A stretch of 64,000 nucleotides of DNA from Gemmatimonadota bacterium (GTDB lineage: Bacteria > Gemmatimonadota > Gemmatimonadetes > Palauibacterales > Palauibacteraceae). Below are positions 29,529 through 38,633 of this stretch, one piece after another. The notes beneath the pieces were generated by a model. It had not been told where the DNA came from. It searched no databases and worked only from the letters and a program-made list of their open reading frames with translations. Position 1 is the stretch's first letter. Each line of letters begins with the position of its first letter. The position numbers and the translations under genes were made by a program. The stretch lies in NCBI GenBank assembly GCA_039588275.1, contig JBDHAC010000016.1, positions 1 to 64,000 on the forward strand. The letters are read 5' to 3'.

Positions 29529-30526
29529 GGCGCTTCGCGGCGGGAGTCGCCGCCGGTGTAGCCGCCGTCGCCTACGCCAGGGCCATACTCCGAAGGAACG
29601 CCTCGCTCGAGCGGCCACCCGTACGAGGTTCAGAAGGCCGGTTGCTCTCCGAACGCCGATTCCGCTATTCGGATGGCGAGGAGGTATCGGTCATCGATGC
29701 GGGCCAGGGTCGAACGATCCTCTGGGTACCCGGCGCGGATGGTCCGAAGGAGACATTCCGCTACCAGCTTCCCGAGTTCGCCCGGGCGTACAGAGTGGTG
29801 GCAGCGGATCTCCGGACGCGAATCACCCCGGAGCACGAGTTTCCCCGGCTCACCGACGATGTGAACGAGTTGATCGAAGGTCTCGAGACCGGACCTGTCG
29901 TCCTGGTCGGACAGAGCCTGGGCTCCGCGATCGCGATGCGATTTGCCTTTCGATACCCTGAGCGTGTGCTCGGTCTGGTGCTGACGAATCCGCTCGCCCG
30001 GGTCTCGTACGAGCATCTCGGGTTCAACCGCGTGGCCCTGGTACCGTTCGCGAGGCTCTCGACCCGGTACCTGCCCACCGCCGCGAGCCGGGCGTTGGCC
30101 GGGCTCTGGTCGCGCCTGCGTGTATGGATCTTCGACGACTCGCCCGGCCGCGACAAGCTGATCGATTACGCCCTGTACACCGGCCCCCGAACGACCCCGG
30201 CCAGCGTGTCGGAGGCGCGCGTCGATTTGCTCAAGGGTCTGGATCTGCACCCCGAGCTGAGCTCGATCACAGCACCGACGCTCGTGGTGAAGGGTCCCGA
30301 GGACGTGTACGTTCCCGTGGAATGGGCGCTCGCGATCGCCGAAGCGATCCCGCATGCGCAGTACGTAACGATCCCCGGCACCGGCCACATGTCGCACATC
30401 TCGATGCCCGGTGCCTTCAATCACGTGGTCGAACGCTGGCTCGACGAGGTCATCGTCCCGCCGGCGCGCGCGACGTTGTCCGACGACTCCGACGAATCCG
30501 CAGCTGCCGAGGGGGGAAGCGAATGA
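29516..30526 (+). CDS. Alpha/beta hydrolase
   Basis: GQSLG nucleophile elbow, G..D, TGHMSH. Confidence 0.88.
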   Translation: MAGLRRFAAGVAAGVAAVAYARAILRRNASLERPPVRGSEGRLLSERRFRYSDGEEVSVIDAGQGRTILWVPGADGPKETFRYQLPEFARAYRVVAADLRTRITPEHEFPRLTDDVNELIEGLETGPVVLVGQSLGSAIAMRFAFRYPERVLGLVLTNPLARVSYEHLGFNRVALVPFARLSTRYLPTAASRALAGLWSRLRVWIFDDSPGRDKLIDYALYTGPRTTPASVSEARVDLLKGLDLHPELSSITAPTLVVKGPEDVYVPVEWALAIAEAIPHAQYVTIPGTGHMSHISMPGAFNHVVERWLDEVIVPPARATLSDDSDESAAAEGGSE

Positions 30527-32007
30527 CGAGACCGGCCTTCTCGTCTCGATCGGCCACCATGCTCGCAATGCTGGGGATGGCGGTGGGAACCGGCAACATC
30601 TGGCGTTTCCCTCGCGTTGCGGCATCGAATGGCGGGGGGTCGTTCCTCGTCGCGTGGGTGGTCTTCCTCCTCCTGTGGTCGGTGCCCCTGATCCTGGTGG
30701 AGTTCGGGGCGGGCAAGGAGACGCGCCGCGGCCCCCTCGGTGCGTTCCGCCAGCTCGCCGGCCCGAGCCACACATGGATGGGTGCGTGGATCGCGTTCGT
30801 GGCCACCGCGATCATGTTCTACTACTCGGTGGTCATGGGGTGGACGATCCGTTACCTGATCGGTTCGGTCGCCGCCTCGGTTCCGATGACCTCGGTCGAC
30901 GCCGCGAACGCCTACTGGACCGGGTACATCGGATCGCCGTGGGCGGTCGCCACACACGCCCTCGCCATGGTCCTCGGAGTCGGAGTCGTCCTGCGCGGCG
31001 TGAAGGGGATCGAGAGCGCGGCGCGCGTCCTGATCCCCAGCCTCTTGTTGCTGGTCATCGTGCTAGCGATCCGGGCCGTCACGCTCGACGGTGCGAGCAG
31101 AGGTCTCGCGTTCCTGTTCACCCCCGATTGGGGCGACCTGCTGTCAGCTCGCATCTGGTTGGAGGCGCTGACGCAGAACGCGTGGGACACGGGTGCCGGC
31201 TGGGGACTGATCACCGCTTACGCGGTGTACCTGCGTAAGCGCGAGGACACTACGCTCAACGCGTTCCTGCTCGGCTTCGGGAACAACTCGGTCTCGCTGC
31301 TGGCGGGCATCATGGTCTTGTGCACCGTGTTCGCGATCATGCCCGCGGCCGCCGACCAGATCGTAGGGGCAGGCAACGAGGGACTGACCTTCATCTGGGT
31401 GCCCCAACTGTTCGGCCGGATGCCCGGCGGCTCGGTGTTCATGGTGCTCTTCTTCCTGGCGCTGGTGTTCGCCGCGTGGAGCAGCCTGATCGCGATGATC
31501 GAGCTCGCCTCGCGCGTGCTCGTGGACGCCGGGATCACGCGCCGAAAGGCTGTCCTGGTCGTGGGCAGCCTCGGCTTCCTGCTCGGGCTCCCCTCCGCGA
31601 TCTGGATCGACGTCTTCCGCAATCAGGATTGGGTGTGGGGCGTCGGGCTGATGGTCGCGGGCTTCTTCTACGCCCACATGACCTATCGCTACGGCGTCGA
31701 CCGCTTCCGGCGGAAGCTGGTCAACAGCAAGGGCTCGGATATCCGTATCGGGCGCTGGTTCAACGTGGCAATGCGGCTCGTCGCGATCGAGGCGATCGTG
31801 CTGACCGTATGGGGGCTGTGGCAGGCGATCGACCTGGAGGATCTACGTGCATCGTTCACGCTCTTCTCGACGTTCAACGTGGGCACGGTGCTCATCCAAT
31901 GGGCGATCGCGCTGACGGCGTTCCTGCTTCTGAACCGATGGCTCTCGCGCCGCGCGGCCGGAGCGGCCTCCGAGGGTGAGGATACCGATCGCCCCGTCGT
32001 TCTCTAG
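30523..32007 (+). CDS. Sodium-dependent transporter, NSS family
   Basis: AVGTGNIWRFP, NGGGSFL, FYYSVVMGW, GLTFIWVP. Confidence 0.93.
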   Translation: MTRPAFSSRSATMLAMLGMAVGTGNIWRFPRVAASNGGGSFLVAWVVFLLLWSVPLILVEFGAGKETRRGPLGAFRQLAGPSHTWMGAWIAFVATAIMFYYSVVMGWTIRYLIGSVAASVPMTSVDAANAYWTGYIGSPWAVATHALAMVLGVGVVLRGVKGIESAARVLIPSLLLLVIVLAIRAVTLDGASRGLAFLFTPDWGDLLSARIWLEALTQNAWDTGAGWGLITAYAVYLRKREDTTLNAFLLGFGNNSVSLLAGIMVLCTVFAIMPAAADQIVGAGNEGLTFIWVPQLFGRMPGGSVFMVLFFLALVFAAWSSLIAMIELASRVLVDAGITRRKAVLVVGSLGFLLGLPSAIWIDVFRNQDWVWGVGLMVAGFFYAHMTYRYGVDRFRRKLVNSKGSDIRIGRWFNVAMRLVAIEAIVLTVWGLWQAIDLEDLRASFTLFSTFNVGTVLIQWAIALTAFLLLNRWLSRRAAGAASEGEDTDRPVVL

Positions 32008-32049
32008 CGGCCCGACGGGGTTTGTCAGCGGCCTGCTGATGGAGATGGC

Positions 32050-32556
32050 ATGGCGGTGAATCCGGAGGGATTTCGGACGGTCCTCTCGCACCTGGCGGCA
32101 GGCGTGGTGATCGTGACGACGCGCGATGCCGATGGCGAGCCGCACGGGATGACGGCGACGGCCGTGTGCTCGGTGTCGCTGGAGCCGCCGCTGGTGATGG
32201 CCTGTCTGAATCAGGACGCGGCCACTCACACCGCCGTGGCGCAGTCAGGCTTCTTCGCGCTCAACCTCCTGTCCGCATCCGAACAGGCGCTCGCGCGCCA
32301 CTTCGCGACCCAGAACCGGAAGAAGTTCGCGGAGCTCTCCGTAGAATCCGGCGAGACGGGAGCACCGGTCCTCGAGGGCGCGCTCGCGTACTGCGATTGC
32401 TCGGTCGTCCGCTCCGTTCCCGCCGGCGATCACACGATCTTCATCGGTCGAGTGATCGCAGCCGAGGTCGGGGTGGAACTGCAACGGGATCACTCGGCGG
32501 GGCCTCTGCTGTATTACAGGGGGCGCTATGGGGCGATCGACACCGGGGCCGACTAG
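32050..32556 (+). CDS. Flavin reductase family protein
   Basis: GMTATAVCSVSLEPPL, AGDHTIFIG, PLLYYRGRY. Confidence 0.92.
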   Translation: MAVNPEGFRTVLSHLAAGVVIVTTRDADGEPHGMTATAVCSVSLEPPLVMACLNQDAATHTAVAQSGFFALNLLSASEQALARHFATQNRKKFAELSVESGETGAPVLEGALAYCDCSVVRSVPAGDHTIFIGRVIAAEVGVELQRDHSAGPLLYYRGRYGAIDTGAD

Positions 32557-32578
32557 ACCTGCTAAACCGCGAGGATCA

Positions 32579-33280
32579 TTGCTGCTCGACGAGTTCGAAC
32601 GCACGGCGGGCCGTATGTGGGACGAGATCCCGCCCCGACTGCGCGAGGGCATCGAGGCCCTGTCGGTCGAGGCACGAACGGTCCCTCACCCGAGCTTCGA
32701 GGGCGTATTCACGCTCGGAGAGTGTCTGACGGACAGCTGGCCGAGCGGCTTCGGCGGCGACGGTGAGACTCGCTCCCTGCTCGTCCTTTACCACGGGTCC
32801 TTTACCGAGCTGGCGGACCGCGACGCGACCTTCGATTGGGACGGCGAGCTGTGGGAGACGATCCTCCACGAGCTCCTGCACCATCGAGAGGCCGCGGCCG
32901 GGGAAAATGGTCTGGATGAGTTCGACTGGGCCGAGGAGCAGAACCGGCTGCGGCTGGCGGGTCGACCGTTCGACCCGTCCTTTTATCGAGCCGTGCCTGC
33001 CGCCTCGGACGGCGTGACACGGCTGGACTCGGAGCTGTTCCTCGAGACTACGATCCCGCCCCGGGCTCAGGAGGCTCGGTTCGGCTGGCGAGGTCGAGCC
33101 TACTCCGTCCGGGTTCCAGAGGACGCGGGGCAGGCGTTCGTGGAGGTGGTGAATCTGGCAGGCGGCCGCCTGTGTCTCGTCGTGCAGCGGAAGCGGCGAT
33201 GGTGGCAAAGGTGGGGTGGGGGGCGACCCGGTCCGCCGCGGGAGCTGCGCCGCAGGGCGCTCCCGGTTCCGGCCGCTTGA
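32579..33280 (+). CDS. Zincin-like metallopeptidase domain protein
   Basis: LYHGSF..WETILHELLHH; TTG start after GAGGA. Confidence 0.7.
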   Translation: MLLDEFERTAGRMWDEIPPRLREGIEALSVEARTVPHPSFEGVFTLGECLTDSWPSGFGGDGETRSLLVLYHGSFTELADRDATFDWDGELWETILHELLHHREAAAGENGLDEFDWAEEQNRLRLAGRPFDPSFYRAVPAASDGVTRLDSELFLETTIPPRAQEARFGWRGRAYSVRVPEDAGQAFVEVVNLAGGRLCLVVQRKRRWWQRWGGGRPGPPRELRRRALPVPAA

Positions 33281-33298
33281 GGACCTGAGGAGAATCGT

Positions 33299-34453
33299 TT
33301 GCTGGGTGGATTCAGCATAGGCCGCTGGTTTGGATTCCCGATCCGGATCGACTACTCGTGGTTCCTGATCGCGGCGCTCGTCGTGTGGACATTCAGCGTG
33401 CACGAGTTCCCCCGGCAACTTCCCGGGTACAGCGAGTCTCTCTATTTCGGGATGGGAATCTCGGCGGCCGGGCTGTTCTTCCTGTCGGTCCTGTTGCACG
33501 AGCTGTCGCACTCGCTCGTGGCGCGCGCCCGCGGCATCCCCGTCGAGAGCATCACCTTGTTCATCTTCGGCGGGATCGCCCAGGCGCGCGAAGAGGCGAA
33601 ACGGCCCAAGGACGAGTTCCTGCTCACGATCGCCGGTCCGCTGTGCAGCGTCGCGCTTGCGGCCGGGTTCTACGCGCTGGCTCGGCTCGCCGATGGAGCC
33701 GGCTGGCCGGCCCCGGTGGAGACGGTGGCGAGCTTCCTGGCGCTGCTCAACTTCGTGCTCGCCGTATTCAATATGATCCCCGGCTTCCCGCTCGATGGCG
33801 GTCGGATCTTCCGCTCGATCGTGTGGGCGGTTACGGGCGACCTGGAGCGAGCGACACGCTGGGCCACCTGGGGTGGTCGTGCCTTCGGATATCTCCTGAT
33901 CCTGTTCGGTTTCGTTCAGCTGGCGTTCGGTTTCCTGCTCCCGGGTCTGTGGTCGGCGTTCATCGGGTGGTTCCTCTCGAACGCGGCCTCCTCCAGCTAT
34001 CGTCAGTTCACCCTCCGGCAGATGCTCTCGAGAATCCCGGTTTCGCGCGTGATGGCGACCGAGCCGGCCGTGATTCCACCACACCTGACGGTCAAGCGTC
34101 TGATCGATGATTACCTGGTGCGCAGACCGGAAAGCGCGTTTCCCGTCGTGCTGGACGGCTCCGTCCTCGGAATCGTCGGTGTGCGCGACGCGACGGCGGT
34201 TCCAAAGCAGAAGCGGGAGACCACGAGGGTCGATCAGATCATGCGGCCGACGTACGAGCTTCACACCGCGCGTCGCGACCAACCGCTCGACGAAGTCGTG
34301 ACCGGATTGGATCCCGGGGACGAGCCCAGCATCCTGGTGCTCGAGAACGGCCACCTGGTGGGGCTCCTGAACCTGGGAGATCTCGGCCAGTGGGTCCGGC
34401 GTCTACGGCGTTTGGGGTTGGACGAGGCGGGCGAAGTGGGGTCGCGGGCGTGA
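33299..34453 (+). CDS. Site-2 protease (M50) with CBS pair
   Basis: HELSH, LFIFGG, AGP, FNMIPGFPLDGG; C-terminal CBS domains. Confidence 0.93.
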   Translation: MLGGFSIGRWFGFPIRIDYSWFLIAALVVWTFSVHEFPRQLPGYSESLYFGMGISAAGLFFLSVLLHELSHSLVARARGIPVESITLFIFGGIAQAREEAKRPKDEFLLTIAGPLCSVALAAGFYALARLADGAGWPAPVETVASFLALLNFVLAVFNMIPGFPLDGGRIFRSIVWAVTGDLERATRWATWGGRAFGYLLILFGFVQLAFGFLLPGLWSAFIGWFLSNAASSSYRQFTLRQMLSRIPVSRVMATEPAVIPPHLTVKRLIDDYLVRRPESAFPVVLDGSVLGIVGVRDATAVPKQKRETTRVDQIMRPTYELHTARRDQPLDEVVTGLDPGDEPSILVLENGHLVGLLNLGDLGQWVRRLRRLGLDEAGEVGSRA

Positions 34454-35127
34454 CCGGGGCGAAGCCGGCCCCGCGCCCTCGGACGACCGCCGCGCGGAGC
34501 GAGCTGGCCGAGAGACTCTCGCCGATCCTCGCGGACCTCTATCCGGACCTGAAGATCTCCCTCGACTGGACCAATCCGCTCGAGCTCATCGTCGCGACTA
34601 TCCTCTCGGCTCAATGCACGGACGAACGTGTAAACCGGGTCACGGCGGACCTGTTCAAAGGCTACCAGACGCCGCAGGACTACGCGGAAGTGGACCGGGA
34701 GGAGCTCGAGGAGGCCATCCGCCCGACCGGTTTCTACCGGAACAAGGCCAAGAGCCTTCAAGGGATGGCGGCCCGCGTCGTGGACGAGTTCGATGGCGAG
34801 GTCCCGCGGACCATGGAGGAGCTCCTCACGCTCCCCGGCGTGGCGCGGAAGACCGCCAACGTCGTCCTCAGCAACGCGTTCGGCACCCACGTGGGCGTGG
34901 TGGTCGACACGCACGTGAAGCGCGTGGCCAACCGACTGGGACTGACGGACGAGACCGATCCGGTCAAGGTGGAGCGCGACCTGATGGAGGTCCTGCCCGA
35001 TGACGAGTGGCACCCGTTCGCGTGGCGCCTGATCCTGCACGGACGAACCGTGTGCAAGTCCCGGCGCCCCGCGTGCGCGGATTGCCCCGTGCGCGAGCTG
35101 TGCCCGAGCGCCGGCCAGTTCGACTGA
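34450..35127 (+). CDS. nth: Endonuclease III
   Basis: LSAQCTDERVN, LPGVARKTANVV, VDTHV, C-x6-C-x2-C-x5-C. Confidence 0.95.
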   Translation: MTGAKPAPRPRTTAARSELAERLSPILADLYPDLKISLDWTNPLELIVATILSAQCTDERVNRVTADLFKGYQTPQDYAEVDREELEEAIRPTGFYRNKAKSLQGMAARVVDEFDGEVPRTMEELLTLPGVARKTANVVLSNAFGTHVGVVVDTHVKRVANRLGLTDETDPVKVERDLMEVLPDDEWHPFAWRLILHGRTVCKSRRPACADCPVRELCPSAGQFD

Positions 35128-36242
35128 AGGAAGAGATCCGCCGGGCAGGCCTCGAGCTGGGGTTTGCCCAGGTCGGATTCGCCCCGGCGGAGCGCCCCCT
35201 GCACGCCGACGAGTATCTCCGGTGGTTGGACCGCGGGTGGCACGGTGACATGGCCTACATGCGTCGCGCGGACTCCGTGCGCCGGCGCCTTGACCCCCGC
35301 GAGGCGCTCACCGGTTGCCGCACCCTGATCCTGGTGAGCCTGTTGTACGGGCCCGGCGCCGGGGCGTCGCCAGCGCGGTCGGTCGAGCGTCCCACTCACG
35401 AGGCCGACTCGAATCCGAGCGACGAGCACACGGCCGCACGCGCCGTGACCGCGCGGTACGCGCGCGGACGTGACTACCACGACGTCTTCGAAGAGCGCCT
35501 GGCTCTACTCGCAGACCGGGTCGCGGCCCTCGCGCCCGACTCCGCGTGCAAGACGTACGTCGACTACGGTCCGGTTCTGGAGCGCGACCACGCGCAGCGG
35601 GCCGGGCTCGGATGGATCGGCAAGAACACCATGCTTATCCACCCCGAGCTGGGCTCTTATCTGTTGCTGGGCGAGCTGCTCACGACGCTTGACCTGCCGC
35701 CCGACGCTCCGTTCGGCGCGGATCGATGTGGCACCTGCGAGCGTTGCATCCCCGCGTGCCCCACGGGTGCGATACGAGGGCCCCGGGAGCTGGACGCGCG
35801 GCTGTGCATCTCCTATCTGACGATCGAGCTTCGCGGATCCATCCCGGTCGAGCTTCGCGCGGCGATCGGCGACCGCGTGTTCGGGTGCGACATCTGTCAG
35901 GAGGTATGTCCCTGGAACAACGACGCGCCGACCCTCACCCCGACCGAGTCGGGCCTGGCCCTCGAGCCGGGTCGCCCCGCCCCGCCCGAGGCGATGGTCC
36001 GCTGGGCCGAGGAGATCGCGGCTCTCGACGACGCCCAGTTCAGGGAGCGATACCGCGGCACCGCTTTCGCCCGACCGGGTCGAGACGGAATGTTGCGAAA
36101 CCTCGCGGTCGGGCTCGGAAACGTGGGGGGGCTCGGGTCCGAAGCGATCCTGAACCGCCTGGCTGCGGATGATTCCGCACTCGTACGCGAGCACGCCGAG
36201 TGGGCGCTGAAGAGACTCGGCGCTAAGCCATCCGGGAACTAG
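35100..36242 (+). CDS. queG: tRNA epoxyqueuosine(34) reductase (start approximate)
   Basis: RYARGRDYH, GLGWIGKN, CGTCERCIPACPTGA, CISYLTIE, GCDICQEVCPWN. Confidence 0.93.
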   Translation: MPERRPVRLKEEIRRAGLELGFAQVGFAPAERPLHADEYLRWLDRGWHGDMAYMRRADSVRRRLDPREALTGCRTLILVSLLYGPGAGASPARSVERPTHEADSNPSDEHTAARAVTARYARGRDYHDVFEERLALLADRVAALAPDSACKTYVDYGPVLERDHAQRAGLGWIGKNTMLIHPELGSYLLLGELLTTLDLPPDAPFGADRCGTCERCIPACPTGAIRGPRELDARLCISYLTIELRGSIPVELRAAIGDRVFGCDICQEVCPWNNDAPTLTPTESGLALEPGRPAPPEAMVRWAEEIAALDDAQFRERYRGTAFARPGRDGMLRNLAVGLGNVGGLGSEAILNRLAADDSALVREHAEWALKRLGAKPSGN

Positions 36243-36266
36243 TCGACACCGGCCCGGCCCCCATTC

Positions 36267-37349
36267 TCAGCTGAGCCAGCCCTTCCTCCACATGAACCAC
36301 AGGAACCCGCCCGCGACCAGCAGCATGATGAGCAGCGCGAAGGGATAACCGACCGTCCAGCCGAGCTCGGGCATGTTCCAGCGGGAAGCGTCCGGGTCGA
36401 AGTTCATGCCGTACAGCCCCGCGATGAAGCTGAGCGGGATGAAGATCGACGCGATGATCGTGAGGACCTTCATCACCTCGTTCATCCGGTTGCTGACGAC
36501 GGACAGGTATATGGACATCAGGTCCGAGCTCAATTCTCGGTAGGCCTCGGCCAGCTCGGTGATGCGGACCGCGTGGTCGTACACGTCGCGCAGGAACAGC
36601 TCGGTCTGCGACGTGATGAGGTCCGAACCGCCTCTGAGCAACGCGTTGACGGCATCGCGGTGTGGGCCCACCACCTTGCGCAATCCCAGGAGCGTGCGCC
36701 GGATCGAGTGGATCCGGGCGGCCGTGTCCGGAGAGGGGTCGGCGAGCACCTCCTCCTCGAGCGTCTCCAGGTGGTTCCCTATTCGATCCAGAACGGGGAA
36801 GTAGGAGTCGACCACCGCATCGAGCACTGCGTACGCGAGATAGTCCGGCCCCCCGTTGCGCATCCGCGCTCCCCCCAAACGGATCCGCTCGCGCACGGGA
36901 TCGAAGTGATCCCCCTGACCTTCCTGGAACGTGAGCACGAACCCACGACCCAGGATGATGGAGATCTGTTCGGTATTCGGCGGATCGCCCGTCGGCATCC
37001 GAGCGATCGCGAACAGGTATTCGCTGTACGGCTCCACCTTGGCGCGTTGGTGCACGTTAGAGATGTCCTCGAGCGCCAAAGGGTGCAGTTGGAAGACGTC
37101 TCCGACGGCCTGCAGGCTCTCGGCGTGTCCGACCCCGTGCACGTTCACCCACAGCACCGGCGCCTGGCCCAGCAGGGGACGCAGCTCCGCGGGATCAGAC
37201 ACCTCGAGCTCATCCAGCCGCTCCGGACCGTAGGCGATCACCTGAATCTCCGATGGGGGGGCATCGGGATCCGTCGTCAGGGTGCCGGGCCGCGTCCCGG
37301 GCGCGGAGTACCGACCCACCCGCAATCTCGACCGTTTCTTGTGGCTCAT
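36267..37349 (-). CDS. corA: Magnesium/cobalt transporter
   Basis: LHPLALED, MNEVMKVLT, YGMNF, MPEL. Confidence 0.95.
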   Translation of the reverse strand: MSHKKRSRLRVGRYSAPGTRPGTLTTDPDAPPSEIQVIAYGPERLDELEVSDPAELRPLLGQAPVLWVNVHGVGHAESLQAVGDVFQLHPLALEDISNVHQRAKVEPYSEYLFAIARMPTGDPPNTEQISIILGRGFVLTFQEGQGDHFDPVRERIRLGGARMRNGGPDYLAYAVLDAVVDSYFPVLDRIGNHLETLEEEVLADPSPDTAARIHSIRRTLLGLRKVVGPHRDAVNALLRGGSDLITSQTELFLRDVYDHAVRITELAEAYRELSSDLMSIYLSVVSNRMNEVMKVLTIIASIFIPLSFIAGLYGMNFDPDASRWNMPELGWTVGYPFALLIMLLVAGGFLWFMWRKGWLS

Positions 37350-37402
37350 GCGACTTCTCCGTGCGGATCTGGCCGGGTGCTGGACAGAGGTGACCGCGGC
37401 GC

Positions 37403-38371
37403 TCAGCCGTCTCGGGGCTTGGACGCCGACGCTCGGCCACCGCGCGGCGTGCGCATCGCGTCCACGACCTCGTCATCCAGGTGCAGGTCCAGCTGTGGGA
37501 ACGCGATCGTGATCCCCGCGTCCTTGAGCGCCCACCAGATCGCCTCGTGCAGGTCGGAGTTACGCCTGAGGCGGTTCCATGGATCCTCGTACCAGACGGA
37601 GACCTCCCAGTCGACCGAGGAGTTCCCGAACGCCTTCATGAACACCACGGGTTGTTTGGCATGCGATCGCCACTTGAGCCCGGCGGCTGTCTCCTCCAAC
37701 GTTCGCCGGACGAGCGCCATGTCGGAGTCGTACGTGACCCCGACCGGCACGCGGAGTCTCGCGAGAGGATCGCGCAGGGTGAAGTTCTTCACGATCGATT
37801 GCGCGAGGTGGGAGCTCGGGATGATGAGGTCCTCCTCGTTCAAGCTGCGCCCGATCGTGGCGCGGATCCCCATCTCCTTGATCTCGACGAACTGACCCTC
37901 CACCTCGAGGATGTCGCCCGGCTTGATGCTACGCTCGAGCAGCAGGATGACCCCAGAAATGAAGTTGGCGGTCATGTTCTGCATCGCGAAGCCGAGCGCC
38001 ACGGCGAACAACGCACCAGCGGCGAACAGCGCGGTGAGCCGGACGCCGAGCGTGTGCAACGCCACGAGAAGTCCGGTCACGAGGATGGAGTACTGGATCA
38101 GCCGGATCGTGACCCGGAGATTCCCGCGATTCAACGCGTCGCTCTGACGCTGAACCACGAGCCGTTCCACGGCACGCCGCACGAATCGGCTGATGATCAA
38201 GGCCACCAGGAAGACGCCGAGCGCCGTGATCAGCGTAGCCAGGGTGATGGGGGTCCCGGAGATCTCGAACAGCGGCTCTCGCAGCAGGCGTGAGGCGCCA
38301 GCCTGCTGTCCGGTCAAAGGGCCGGGAATGCCGTGGAGAATCGCGAGCGCCAACCCGATGGCGGATCTCAT
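37403..38371 (-). CDS. MscS-family mechanosensitive channel
   Basis: ALGFAMQN..NFISG..LLERSIKPGD, IAFPQLDLH. Confidence 0.9.
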   Translation of the reverse strand: MRSAIGLALAILHGIPGPLTGQQAGASRLLREPLFEISGTPITLATLITALGVFLVALIISRFVRRAVERLVVQRQSDALNRGNLRVTIRLIQYSILVTGLLVALHTLGVRLTALFAAGALFAVALGFAMQNMTANFISGVILLLERSIKPGDILEVEGQFVEIKEMGIRATIGRSLNEEDLIIPSSHLAQSIVKNFTLRDPLARLRVPVGVTYDSDMALVRRTLEETAAGLKWRSHAKQPVVFMKAFGNSSVDWEVSVWYEDPWNRLRRNSDLHEAIWWALKDAGITIAFPQLDLHLDDEVVDAMRTPRGGRASASKPRDG

Positions 38372-38633
38372 CTTCGTCCATCCTGTGACATTCGGACTCG
38401 ACTCCCTTCTCTCGCCGTGCCGGAAGCCCGGCGCAAAGTAGTCTCGGTGCCGGCCACGTGGGAGGGCAACTCTACGCAATGTGTAGCGGAGTTGGGGGAC
38501 GAACTCACACCCGTCGCCCAAGGACGCTCGGCGGGTTACCCTATGCCGCGCGAGCGCCGCGGGCCGTGACCCGTGATATCGAGCCCCCGTCCAACGTCGC
38601 GGGCGCCAACCCGACGGGAGTGACGACCCACCG